From: an uncultured virus (IMG/VR IMGVR_UViG_3300025018_000005)
Taxonomy: Duplodnaviria > Heunggongvirae > Uroviricota > Caudoviricetes
Direction: 5' to 3' (one strand)
Length of the DNA stretch: 64,000 nt
IMG/VR virus record: IMGVR_UViG_3300025018_000005
The notes under the pieces are model-generated. The model was not told the origin of the DNA, made no database searches, and worked only from the letters and a program-made list of their open reading frames with translations. The position numbers were made by a program, and so were the translations under genes. This document shows positions 1 through 9,652 of the stretch, piece after piece. Numbering within the stretch: position 1 is the stretch's first letter; the number at the start of each line of letters is the position of its first letter.

Positions 1-31
1 ACTTTGATACTTAAGCTCTTACTAGCCATAC

Positions 32-556
32 TTATTTCTCCACCAAATCATACTTAGACTCAAGCCATTCAACGACACTGAGAAACCCCTTGTCCTGCCA
101 TTCATCAGCGTTACCATACAATTCAGCATCGCTGATACCTTTCATAGCCCCATTGAACGCATCGGTCATTTCCTTAACCATTGCAGTCTTACGCACCTGC
201 TCTTTCTCCATAGCCACCCTGTCTTTGGCATTAGCAAGTGCATTTAGCCAATCACCTGTCATTGTCTCGCATTTCATAATCATTTCGGCCAATAGCTCGA
301 CACCAGCAACCTCCTCAATCAGCTTGCCAACAAGAAACTCATCATACATAAGCTCCTCATGCAAATGATCATCAAATGCCCACTGATCAACCGAATGAGT
401 TGCCGTCATGTCATCATAAAAAAACAGATATGGCTTATCTTTATGTCCAACCTGATCACTGCCATCAGCCCACTTGAACCCATGCAAAAATGCATAGCGT
501 TGAACAACCTCACTCTGTTCTGGTGTTACTTTCATCTTCTTATTGCGTAAATCCAT
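32..556 (-). CDS. hypothetical phage protein
   Basis: 174-aa ORF with AGGAGG RBS; co-oriented with the early block. Confidence 0.7.
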   Translation of the reverse strand: MDLRNKKMKVTPEQSEVVQRYAFLHGFKWADGSDQVGHKDKPYLFFYDDMTATHSVDQWAFDDHLHEELMYDEFLVGKLIEEVAGVELLAEMIMKCETMTGDWLNALANAKDRVAMEKEQVRKTAMVKEMTDAFNGAMKGISDAELYGNADEWQDKGFLSVVEWLESKYDLVEK

Positions 557-795
557 GCTACCTCCTATTTAAATACCAATATAATACCAATCAGTCCAAT
601 CTAATACCAATCAGCCAATCACTCAACCACAATCAGCCAGTCAGCCCCAATCACTCACACCGACATAGAACTTGCCAATATGAATAACATAATGCCAGCC
701 AGCAGCATAGTTAGCATAAGCGCCAAATTTAGGCCTCTCAAAGCTTTCCCAGCCAATATGCCAGTTACCATGAATACATGTCGATAAAAACTGCT

Positions 796-1038
796 TCATA
801 ATCCATTATCCCCGACACGTCTCAGTCCACTTCCATCTAAAACATAGGGCTCATTGACATGCGGATGATACAGTCGCCACGGAATATCGACCGGCTCCTC
901 GATATTTCCGCTCACAACGAAACGCTTGCCAACACTCTCTGTGCCACAATCTACAACAATCTGATTCAATAACACCTTTTCTGCCATGTTCTCGGCAGTT
1001 AGCTTAATCTTTCCACTTTCTAATATTTCAGCTTTCAT
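796..1038 (-). CDS. hypothetical protein
   Basis: 80-aa ORF tightly packed in the leftward operon. Confidence 0.6.
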   Translation of the reverse strand: MKAEILESGKIKLTAENMAEKVLLNQIVVDCGTESVGKRFVVSGNIEEPVDIPWRLYHPHVNEPYVLDGSGLRRVGDNGL

Positions 1039-1043
1039 ACATC

Positions 1044-1472
1044 CTATTCACCCAGCAGCTCAGCCGGAACCTTGTAAATGTTTTTGTAAGCACTACCATT
1101 AGCGCATACCCAGCAAAACTCACCATCGTGCTTTCTGCTTAGCTTTGAAATGGTATGACCACCATTTGAAATAGACTCCTCAAGCGAATAATCCGAAAAC
1201 AAGTAAACCTTCCCAGCTTCAGGCTCCCATACCTTTTCTACTGGCTTAAAACCATCACCAGTCACTTCATATAGCCTATTTAAATACTCTTCATCAAAAA
1301 CAGTCTCGAAGTAAGTAGCAGAATCCAAGCTTACGCTATCCCAAGTACTGTCCAGAAACCAGAATAGAATCCTTCCGCCATTACCTTCCTTAAACAACAC
1401 AAACTCACTGTCATTATCAAAATAAACAACACCTTCTTTTAGCTTATAACCTTTATATTCAAACTCTTTCAT
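1044..1472 (-). CDS. hypothetical protein
   Basis: 142-aa ORF, AGGAGG RBS, upstream TTGCTT/TAAAAT promoter-like site. Confidence 0.7.
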   Translation of the reverse strand: MKEFEYKGYKLKEGVVYFDNDSEFVLFKEGNGGRILFWFLDSTWDSVSLDSATYFETVFDEEYLNRLYEVTGDGFKPVEKVWEPEAGKVYLFSDYSLEESISNGGHTISKLSRKHDGEFCWVCANGSAYKNIYKVPAELLGE

Positions 1473-1717
1473 AACAACCTCCTAATTTAATCCAATTCAA
1501 CCTAATTACCATTTTAATCCCATTTAAACCAAAAAGCAACCCTTTTTATCCAACTAGCCAAACAATACACCAATCAGCTAACTAATCCCATCTAACACTT
1601 ACAACGTAGGTATTGCTAGACATATTGTGACGCACTTCAACATACCCACCAGCAGTCACGTATCCATCCACAACACTACCAAGCTTCTCTGGCGGCAGTC
1701 CTGTGATAGTCACTGGC

Positions 1718-2101
1718 TTATTCTTCATAACCAGCCTCAACAAGCGCTAACTCAGCATCAACTCGATCTCTATGCAGGTCTTTTCTTTCTTTCATCTTAC
1801 TATCGTACACTTCCTGCTCTTTTTTGGAGTGTATTGCCAAAGACCTCTTAAACAGCCATTTCTCGTCATTTGTCATCTCAACAGTAGCGTTGTCAATAAG
1901 TAGATTGTAGTAATAACCAACAGGGTTAAGCTGAAGGTAAAGATCGGTTCCGCCTATATATCCACGGACACCTCCACGCTCCTTGCCAACCCATTTGACC
2001 TCACCAGCAGCAAGCTTATTGCACAATAATCTAAACCCAGCACGTACCTTGCTTGCGCGCCAGTTTACATATTTATCTATAATTAACTTAATCACGGTCA
2101 A
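1718..2101 (-). CDS. hypothetical protein
   Basis: 127-aa ORF overlapping its neighbour, GGAG RBS. Confidence 0.6.
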   Translation of the reverse strand: MTVIKLIIDKYVNWRASKVRAGFRLLCNKLAAGEVKWVGKERGGVRGYIGGTDLYLQLNPVGYYYNLLIDNATVEMTNDEKWLFKRSLAIHSKKEQEVYDSKMKERKDLHRDRVDAELALVEAGYEE

Positions 2102-2321
2102 ACTCCTTTGTTTCTTTAATTAAATTTTTTAGATACTCAAGCCAAGAACTACCATATGCGCACCTAATTACTTCACGGTACTTAATCCACAGGAATTTTC
2201 TTTCTTCTTTAAGCGCATGATATGGCTCATAGCCTCGATTCTGGCATCTTGCGATTATGAAATTACCATCACGATAAACGATCTTTTCTTTGTATTTAGC
2301 CATGATCAACCTCCAAAACAA
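2088..2321 (-). CDS. hypothetical protein
   Basis: Short ORF in packed operon; true start probably MAKYK after GGAGG. Confidence 0.55.
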   Translation of the reverse strand: MFWRLIMAKYKEKIVYRDGNFIIARCQNRGYEPYHALKEERKFLWIKYREVIRCAYGSSWLEYLKNLIKETKEFDRD

Positions 2322-2565
2322 TCGTACTATTCATATTGCCACTAGCAATATACTCATCTAAGCTGATGATATTAGGCTGTGCATCCTTCGTTGTCAAGAT
2401 GATTTTTCCATTAAATTCACCAACTCCAATACCGACATCAAACACAGCAATAGCACTTGGAATTCCGTAGCTTAACTTTAACTTGCTACCTATATAAAAT
2501 GGGTTGCCTTCCATGTCGAATCCTAGTGGCTCAACATTAAATCCAGCTTTGATCTCTTCAATCAT
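2296..2565 (-). CDS. hypothetical protein
   Basis: 89-aa ORF, AGGAGG RBS. Confidence 0.65.
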   Translation of the reverse strand: MIEEIKAGFNVEPLGFDMEGNPFYIGSKLKLSYGIPSAIAVFDVGIGVGEFNGKIILTTKDAQPNIISLDEYIASGNMNSTIVLEVDHG

Positions 2566-2616
2566 ACATCCTCCTAAGTTAATAATTAGCGCATAACCAC
2601 ACTCCTAACCGCACTC

Positions 2617-2883
2617 CTAACCACCCGTCTCTTGCTTGATGTCAATAATATCGTCCACAACAACAATCAGTCCATTGATGTACAGGTGCTTGCAATCTAT
2701 GTCAAACTCTTCACCAATAGTGAGTTTAGCGCCTTCACCGATGTAAATAGAGTCCTTTAACAATCGCTCAAGAACAGCCATTCTGACATAATCAACTGCA
2801 CCGATATACCATAGTTTTACCTCCATAAGCCAATTATTTGTTTCCATTTTCAACCTCCACGCAATTAAATTAATAACGCTCAC
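2617..2883 (-). CDS. hypothetical protein
   Basis: ORF in packed operon; start probably METNN after GGAGG. Confidence 0.55.
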   Translation of the reverse strand: MSVINLIAWRLKMETNNWLMEVKLWYIGAVDYVRMAVLERLLKDSIYIGEGAKLTIGEEFDIDCKHLYINGLIVVVDDIIDIKQETGG

Positions 2884-3249
2884 TTAATTTCTGCTTGCCT
2901 TCATCAGACTCTGGATCGACAAACTTGTAAATAGTGTATTGATGCTCGCTCCCGCGCTGTTGCGATCTAGTTCCATCATGCCAAAGCATCCATTCGTAGT
3001 CAAATCTCTTAAAATCCTCTAGCACCTCTTCTGGCGTTGCTCGGTAGCCAGCAAGCTCACTTTTTGGATCGGCATGAATTCCCACTCACAATCGACATTC
3101 CACATTCCAGTCATTGCATGGGCAAATTGATCTGCATTCATTTTAACTTCAGCGACTTTTACCCCGCTATTTTCATCTTTAATTTCAATATAAAAATCAG
3201 ATTCTGATTTGCTCATTCCTCTACGACTTATGGTTATTTTTGCTTTCAT
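2870..3249 (-). pseudogene. possibly frameshifted hypothetical gene (ORFs 3019-3255 and 2870-3085)
   Basis: Two ORFs overlap by 67 nt in different frames; only the first has a clear RBS. Confidence 0.35.
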
Positions 3250-3469
3250 TCTCAACCTCCTTCAACTTAGTATCTATAAAAAACACGATTTCATCTCTCA
3301 GCGTCCACTGATGATCGCCATCACACAGAGATCCAAGACCATCAATATCCTTTGATCTTACCAGCAACATCACCTGAAGTAAAGTGTGTTTAAGCTCATT
3401 TATTATCTCTTCATCGGTCATACAACCTCCTTGAAGTCCTTCAGCACACTGGCATGGACTCGCTTCCAC
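3221..3469 (-). CDS. hypothetical protein
   Basis: Start probably MTDEE, overlapping the upstream stop. Confidence 0.5.
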   Translation of the reverse strand: MEASPCQCAEGLQGGCMTDEEIINELKHTLLQVMLLVRSKDIDGLGSLCDGDHQWTLRDEIVFFIDTKLKEVENESKNNHKS

Positions 3470-3615
3470 TCAATAAACCCGTTCCCGTGATAGCCAACTA
3501 GGATATCGCCATTGCGTTCATTTAAGTCAACCTCAACCTTGTCACCAACGCACACCCTATGTATGTCGTTGTGTAGCCTTATTTCATGCTCATTAATACA
3601 CTTATACTCTTTCAT
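3418..3615 (-). CDS. hypothetical protein
   Basis: 65-aa ORF, GGAG RBS, ATGA coupling. Confidence 0.6.
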   Translation of the reverse strand: MKEYKCINEHEIRLHNDIHRVCVGDKVEVDLNERNGDILVGYHGNGFIEWKRVHASVLKDFKEVV

Positions 3616-3836
3616 AAAATCTCCATCTCAATTGACCTCATATACCCGCTTATGACAAGCTTTAACCTATTTAGGTCTTGCTTGTCTTCACCTTGCATTT
3701 CGAGTTAAGATATTTCCATCAGTTTCGCTGATGCTCTGGCGTGTTCTAGTCTTAATTCACTGATAGACACTGTTTTCATCGTCTCTATCGACATCATCCT
3801 AAAGTCCATAACCCCACCAAAACTGACATACTCCAT
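3612..3836 (-). pseudogene. small gene with internal TAA
   Basis: GGAGG RBS and ATG at 3836; in-frame TAA at 3705-3707; frame continues to a TGA overlapping the next ATG. Confidence 0.55.
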
Positions 3837-3895
3837 TTAAGCCTCCGTTCAATTAACAGCAATCGAACAGTATTCTACTCTATGCAGCATTTCTG

Positions 3896-4456
3896 TCAAT
3901 CCATTCCAGCGGAAAATAAATCCAAATAACGATAGCAACCCTTCATCAATACATTTATATAAAAAGCATCATCTATTTTCCTGTTATGCAATTTCTTGGC
4001 CTTTTGCTTCATTTTTAAGCCATTACCAACAACGTAGATACCTGCAAATTCAGTTATTTCGGAAATCTCATCAGGTGTTAGCTTTACATCTGGCCCAAGC
4101 ACATACCAAAAGTAATTCGGAGTACCAAGCCCTTGCCGATAGCACTCAAGCTTATTCATCTTCCATGGCTCAGTCCCTGCAATACGACCATCCGCCACCC
4201 ATCTCTGATATTCATTGCCATGAAATACATCCAGTGTTACATCTACCTCTCGGTACTTTATTCTTTTCTTTTTGTCCTTTAAGAAGTCTTGACGAGACAG
4301 TTTTACCTCGAATTCGTGGCAGATCTTATTTTTTTGAATGCAAAACATATCCGCCTCATTATCGCTGGCAATAAAGCAGTTTGGCATCATGACACTAAAT
4401 TTTTTCTTTAAATCGTATGACCTAGCAATGCTCTTTAGCACATCTTTTTCAGTCAT
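3896..4456 (-). CDS. PD-(D/E)xK nuclease-fold protein (MmcB-like)
   Basis: EAD...EFEVKLSRQDFLKD and PNYFWY motifs. Confidence 0.65.
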   Translation of the reverse strand: MTEKDVLKSIARSYDLKKKFSVMMPNCFIASDNEADMFCIQKNKICHEFEVKLSRQDFLKDKKKRIKYREVDVTLDVFHGNEYQRWVADGRIAGTEPWKMNKLECYRQGLGTPNYFWYVLGPDVKLTPDEISEITEFAGIYVVGNGLKMKQKAKKLHNRKIDDAFYINVLMKGCYRYLDLFSAGMD

Positions 4457-4659
4457 TTCAACAACACCCCGTTAGACTCAAGCGCCTCTCTTAGCTGTTC
4501 AAAAAAGTCGTAATCATCAAACTCACAGCGCACATTAACAACACTCCCGCCATACTCCTCCTCAACCGTCTCAAACTCAGTATGGTGCAGTATGAAGTGC
4601 TCGGCCTCGCTCTCTGGCGTCAACACGACATTTCCAAACTTATTCACTCGCGCTTTCAT
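4453..4659 (-). CDS. hypothetical protein
   Basis: ATGA overlaps on both sides. Confidence 0.6.
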   Translation of the reverse strand: MKARVNKFGNVVLTPESEAEHFILHHTEFETVEEEYGGSVVNVRCEFDDYDFFEQLREALESNGVLLK

Positions 4660-4985
4660 CGAAATCCTCCTGTCTTGCTCTCAATTTCTCGAATCTTGTT
4701 TATAATGATTGCACCTTCTTCTAGAGAAACAAGGATCTCCCGACCGTCACACATTAGCACCTTGGTGAATCTAACCTTATGCTCAGTCCTATAGTTCTCA
4801 TCCTTATTGAATGTTGAATAGGAACTATCAACATCAAAAACAGTACTCACATTAAGCAGATTTATCTCTATTTGACCGGCGTCCCTAAAGAACCCATCAA
4901 TGGTGTGCTGCGGCTTACTTTTTTTCCAGTGAAGCTCCCCAAACCAAGTATATCCACTATACAGGCTAAATGTATTCACTTTCAT
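4656..4985 (-). CDS. hypothetical protein
   Basis: ATGA overlaps on both sides. Confidence 0.6.
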   Translation of the reverse strand: MKVNTFSLYSGYTWFGELHWKKSKPQHTIDGFFRDAGQIEINLLNVSTVFDVDSSYSTFNKDENYRTEHKVRFTKVLMCDGREILVSLEEGAIIINKIREIESKTGGFR

Positions 4986-5242
4986 TTCTTAACTCCTTTC
5001 ATCCAATTCTTAACCGTGTCAACAATAAGATCTATCACATGAAGCGTAAACACGCCAAAGAACACTAGCACAATAAACAGAATAGGCCAGTAAAACGGCA
5101 GTAAAACTAACCACCAGCTCCAGTATGCGATTGAGCCAAGCTCAGCTAATTTAAGTGTGACGAACAGACAGCCTAGAATGGCTGACATGCTGGTTCCTTT
5201 CTTGATAACGACATTTTTTGTAACGACATTGTGTGTACTCAT
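4982..5242 (-). CDS. small membrane protein
   Basis: LFVTLKL...WSWWLVLLPFY hydrophobic pattern; GAGGAG RBS. Confidence 0.7.
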   Translation of the reverse strand: MSTHNVVTKNVVIKKGTSMSAILGCLFVTLKLAELGSIAYWSWWLVLLPFYWPILFIVLVFFGVFTLHVIDLIVDTVKNWMKGVKK

Positions 5243-5267
5243 ATTAATCTCCTCATAGTAAAGTGGA

Positions 5268-5299
5268 TGTTATAATAGCAGATCGATTTTATGTGTCAA
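5268..5299. promoter_or_regulatory. overlapping divergent promoters
   Basis: + strand TGTTATAAT at 5268-5276; - strand TTGACA (5294-5299), 16-nt spacer, TATTAT (5272-5277). Confidence 0.65.
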
Positions 5300-5312
5300 G
5301 AACCAACCGGTT

Positions 5313-6791
5313 TTGGTTGAAATGGAGAATAGTGTGGGCGATAGATTTTACGAGACAGACGATGAGATTAATGTCTTGAACACGGTTTTTAAGGACAAAC
5401 CTGAAGACTGGAAGGTAACTAGGAAATGGATTCACAGTAATCCAATGCAAGCAAAGACCGCAATAGCGACACTCTCCAATCAAGACCCTCGCTATCTTGA
5501 CATATTACACGATCCTGAACTTTGGTTGCGACCTGAGCAGCTTGTTGAGTGGGATGTTGAGACAATCCTATACCTAGCTGGTCGAGGATGGGGTAAGACA
5601 CATAGCTCAAGCAACATTCTGATCAAAGAAGCAATGAAAGAACCAAATCAGGTTATCGCTCTTTTTGGTGCAGACTTTAACAGTTTAAAGCGAGTCAATT
5701 GGGGCGGTGACTCAGGGATACTGAAAGCCATACACCCAAGCATATTAAAAAACAGCGTATTTAACAAGTCAGATTTAAGTCTTGTCCTACCAAATGGAAC
5801 GCAGATACTATCGTTCAGTGCTGAGAGTAGCGGCAAGAGCCGTGGTATGTCTGCACACATGGTGGTAGCCGACGAATTAGCGTCTTGGACTTACGCTCAA
5901 GAGGCGCTGGATGATGCTAGACTTATTCTCCGATCAGGTAGAAATCCGCGACTCCTTATTACGACAACACCAAGACCAACTCAAGTTATTAAAGATCTAG
6001 CAAGCGATCCTGATGTGAAGCTCATTAAGGGTATAACATCAATGAATTATTTTCTACCAGCTTCTTATGAGGAAGGTCTAAAAAAGAAGTTAACAGAGAG
6101 ACTATATAGGCAGGAGTGTCTTGCGGAAATCCTTGATGATAATCTATTCGCTATGTTCCAGATGAATGATATTATGGCAACTAGGGTTAAGCCAAGTGAT
6201 TTTGATTTTGATTCCTTGCGTCGAATAGTAGTTGGTGTTGATCCAGCGGTAACTGCAAATGAAAATTCTGACTTGACCGGTATAGTCGTTGTTGGGCAAG
6301 ACAACACAGGGCATTGCTACGTACTTGAGGATGCGAGTATGCAGATGGCATCCCCTGAGAAGTGGGCTGATGAAGTGATACGTATGTATAACAAATACAA
6401 CAAATATCCAGCCGATGTAAGAATTGTAGCAGAGAAAAACCAAGGCGGTGACATGGTTTCTACCATTATTCGCAACGCAGCTAAACGCAAAATGTCTATG
6501 ATTATGCCTCCTGTTAAGCTTGTTCACGCAACAAAAGGTAAAGAGGTTCGCGCTGAGCCAATTGCAGCCGTGTATGAGCGACATGAAGTTCACCACGTTG
6601 GTGAGTTTAGTGATCTTGAGCTTGAGATGACAAACTGGAACCCAACGGAAAAGAATTCAAAGAGCCCAGACCGTATGGACGCCCTTTGTTGGGCTTGTAC
6701 TGAGCTAACAAAATTTGGCACAACTCAGCTTGATAGTGGGTACAACTTATCAGCAGAGACTGGCTCAAGCAATCCGTACTCAACATACTAA
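5313..6791 (+). CDS. terL: terminase large subunit
   Basis: Walker A AGRGWGKT, Walker B VVADE, motif III ITTTP, nuclease VGVDPA...SPDRMDA. Confidence 0.95.
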   Translation: MVEMENSVGDRFYETDDEINVLNTVFKDKPEDWKVTRKWIHSNPMQAKTAIATLSNQDPRYLDILHDPELWLRPEQLVEWDVETILYLAGRGWGKTHSSSNILIKEAMKEPNQVIALFGADFNSLKRVNWGGDSGILKAIHPSILKNSVFNKSDLSLVLPNGTQILSFSAESSGKSRGMSAHMVVADELASWTYAQEALDDARLILRSGRNPRLLITTTPRPTQVIKDLASDPDVKLIKGITSMNYFLPASYEEGLKKKLTERLYRQECLAEILDDNLFAMFQMNDIMATRVKPSDFDFDSLRRIVVGVDPAVTANENSDLTGIVVVGQDNTGHCYVLEDASMQMASPEKWADEVIRMYNKYNKYPADVRIVAEKNQGGDMVSTIIRNAAKRKMSMIMPPVKLVHATKGKEVRAEPIAAVYERHEVHHVGEFSDLELEMTNWNPTEKNSKSPDRMDALCWACTELTKFGTTQLDSGYNLSAETGSSNPYSTY

Positions 6792-6831
6792 CTTAGCAGG
6801 AAATGATATAATTATAAAAAAGGAGGATGTT

Positions 6832-7137
6832 ATGTTAACACTTAGACGAAGACCGAGCGGCGATAGCTCGGCGTACATAGATATAGTTTATGGAGATGAA
6901 AATGTAACTCTCCAGCTACTATCTATTTTAAAGAACGAACAAGCAAGCTTATGGAGAATACAGTCGTCAGACTGGGGTGTTGAACGATACCACCCAAGAA
7001 CAATTGCACTTACATTTAATCAACAACTTCCAGTTAATGACTGGTTGAAGATTTACGGGTCTAATGTCGAAGACACGGAAGCCAGCATTCACTTGTCAGC
7101 TCCGAAACTAGCGCTAATTAATAGAAGAGATAGATAA
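6832..7137 (+). CDS. CsrA/RsmA-like protein, apparently two units in tandem
   Basis: Starts MLTLRRR and ends IHLSAPKLALINRRD, like the ends of CsrA; own TGATATAAT and AAGGAGG. Confidence 0.5.
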   Translation: MLTLRRRPSGDSSAYIDIVYGDENVTLQLLSILKNEQASLWRIQSSDWGVERYHPRTIALTFNQQLPVNDWLKIYGSNVEDTEASIHLSAPKLALINRRDR

Positions 7138-8648
7138 TGCTAAAAACAAGTGGCTTTCAAATGCGTTCGCAGTATTTTGCTAAGCAATACTCGCGTAATA
7201 GAATAGTTCGTGATCTTATTGTTGGGCTGCCAGCTTTGCGTGGCGTCAGTGATATTATTGGTGATAAGGTAGTAGAAACAGAATACCTTCCTAGATTCCC
7301 AAATGAGCCAAATGAGTTTTATGCTCTGCGAGTCATGAGAACATTTCTTACCAACTATTTTAAACGCACAGTAACTTCTGACAGCGGCAAGATCCTTGCA
7401 AATAATGTCATGGTGTCCGTTGACGAAAAGACAAATGACGACCTACCTGAGCCATTCCGAACGTGGATTGGTAATATGGACTTGGCAGAAAACAATCTTA
7501 CTATGCTAATTCAAAACCAATTGCAAGCCTCAATGTATAAAGGGTTGTCAATGGTGATGATTGACTACGACAATGACGGAAAGCGACCATATGCACGAGA
7601 GATTGATATTGACGATGTTATTTCGTTCAAGTCAAACCCAAAAACAGGCAGACTAAGCTATCTTAAGTTTTACTTCGATTACATTACCGATAGTGAAGAG
7701 CATGGATCAGAAATCGTTAGATCTGTATTTGAATTAACACCGACTTACTGGACTATCTATATTGATGGTGACGAAAAGAATACCGTAGAAGGTGAGATCA
7801 CTCGATATCGAAATGGCAGTCAGCGAATCCTAGATGAGGTTCCCGTCTCAGTATTCTACACAAATAAGAAAGGCACACTTCTTGCCGAGTCTCCATATCA
7901 GACATTAGCAGAATTAACAATCGAACATTTTCAGGTTTACAGCGATATAAAGAACATGATGTTTTATGCGCTGACGCCGATACTTGCTGCTAAAAACGTA
8001 CCAATGGATTTCAAAATCGAGATGCTCGCATCTTACATGATGGTACGTATGCCAGAGTCTGGTGACAAGTCGCCTGAGCTGAGCTGGATACAAGTTGATT
8101 CTGGTGCAATTCAAGAAGGAAACAAGCAGCTTGAAGGTATTCAACAACGCATTAGCACATTCTCTATTGATAGCAATGCCCTACGGCCTGGCACGTTAAC
8201 AGCTACACAGACGAGCATTGAGTCTCAAGGTACAAATGCAGCACTAAGATCTTTTGCAGTATCTTTATCACAACACGTTGAAGATATCCTGCGCCAAATG
8301 GAAAGCTATACCATTGGCAAGTCTAAAGACATTAAAGGTTACATTTCTCCTGAGTTTAATTCTCTCGAAAGCGATAAAGAGATGCGTATTCTTATGGAGA
8401 TGCGACGAAACCAAGACATATCTCGCAAAGCAATTGTTGAGGCTGCACTTCAGCGTAAGCTTTTATCTCCAGACTTCAATCTTGCCGATGATGCTGCAAA
8501 ACTAGAAGAAGAACTTAAAAAAGAAATGGAATTTCTTGATGCAAAAGAAGCGCAAAAGGCAAAGTTCGATAAAGCTCAACAAACATCACAAGGATTGCTG
8601 GCAGGCGCTGGCAATGAACAAATCAGCGACAAGCCACGAGACGCATAA
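7137..8648 (+). CDS. portal protein (DUF4055-like)
   Basis: 503 aa after terL; YLPRFPNE..YALR..R and LAELTIEHFQVYSD motifs. Confidence 0.85.
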   Translation: MLKTSGFQMRSQYFAKQYSRNRIVRDLIVGLPALRGVSDIIGDKVVETEYLPRFPNEPNEFYALRVMRTFLTNYFKRTVTSDSGKILANNVMVSVDEKTNDDLPEPFRTWIGNMDLAENNLTMLIQNQLQASMYKGLSMVMIDYDNDGKRPYAREIDIDDVISFKSNPKTGRLSYLKFYFDYITDSEEHGSEIVRSVFELTPTYWTIYIDGDEKNTVEGEITRYRNGSQRILDEVPVSVFYTNKKGTLLAESPYQTLAELTIEHFQVYSDIKNMMFYALTPILAAKNVPMDFKIEMLASYMMVRMPESGDKSPELSWIQVDSGAIQEGNKQLEGIQQRISTFSIDSNALRPGTLTATQTSIESQGTNAALRSFAVSLSQHVEDILRQMESYTIGKSKDIKGYISPEFNSLESDKEMRILMEMRRNQDISRKAIVEAALQRKLLSPDFNLADDAAKLEEELKKEMEFLDAKEAQKAKFDKAQQTSQGLLAGAGNEQISDKPRDA

Positions 8649-8725
8649 TCTCGTGGTATAATCCTGAACTCGGAGTTAGGAGTAGGTCTTCTAACGCAAG
8701 GCGTAAACAAGATAGGTAAAAATAA

Positions 8726-9520
8726 ATGGCTATTGATTTTAACGATCCAGAAGTACAAGAAGCAATAAAGCTTCAAGCAACAAAAATCGCAGAAGAAACA
8801 ATTAACGAAAACTACGTCCCAATCACTGAGATTGAAGGACTGAAAAACAAAAATTCAGAACTGCTTGGAAAGCTTGCAAAGCAAAAAGAGCGGTTTAATG
8901 GTGTTGATGAAAAAGACATTGCTGAGTTGCAGCGGGTAAAATCTGCGCGAGAGCATGACCGATTTGTTGACATGGTTTTGAACGGTAAAACAGAAGAAGC
9001 AAAAGCGATTGCTACCGAAGGCGCTATTGAGCCTTGGAAGAATAAAGCATCTGAGCTTGAAAATCAGTTCAAGACCGCACAGGAGCGAATTAATCAGTAT
9101 GAGACGGAGCTTTCAAGCTATCAAGATAAAGTAAGCACCATGCAGAAGCGAACATATCTGCGTGACTTAACTGGTAAAGACGATTCGTTCAAAGGCGATT
9201 ATTTTGAAGACTTCTTTGCGTTGAATGCAAATAAGATGGAGATCGATCAAGAAACAGGAAAGGTATTAGCGCTTGATGCTAGTGGTAAAGCTGTCCTTGA
9301 TACAAATGGTGAGCGAGTTTCTTACTCTGATTATTACGATAAGATGAAGGTGACAAACGGTCTGTTCTGGAATGGCGGTTCTGGTTCTGGCTCACAGGGC
9401 TCTGCTGGTGCTCCGGCTGGTGGTGATCCTATGAAATGGACTGATGCTCAGAAGCAAGAGTTCATCCGTGAGAAAGGCCCAAAAGCCTACGGTGAGTTAC
9501 TGGCTCGTTCACGAAAATAA
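8726..9520 (+). CDS. capsid scaffolding protein
   Basis: Coiled-coil (GLKNKNSELLGK), Gly/Ser linker, short C-terminal helix; directly before capsid gene. Confidence 0.8.
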   Translation: MAIDFNDPEVQEAIKLQATKIAEETINENYVPITEIEGLKNKNSELLGKLAKQKERFNGVDEKDIAELQRVKSAREHDRFVDMVLNGKTEEAKAIATEGAIEPWKNKASELENQFKTAQERINQYETELSSYQDKVSTMQKRTYLRDLTGKDDSFKGDYFEDFFALNANKMEIDQETGKVLALDASGKAVLDTNGERVSYSDYYDKMKVTNGLFWNGGSGSGSQGSAGAPAGGDPMKWTDAQKQEFIREKGPKAYGELLARSRK

Positions 9521-9652
9521 TATAAAAATACAAGGAGTGAAAACCCCTTAAAAACACTGTTTTTGAATATGCTATAATACGCATATTATAAGTTGCTAGG
9601 CAACTAAATTTTCAATACTACACGCTTAGTAATTTATATAGAGGTACAAAAT

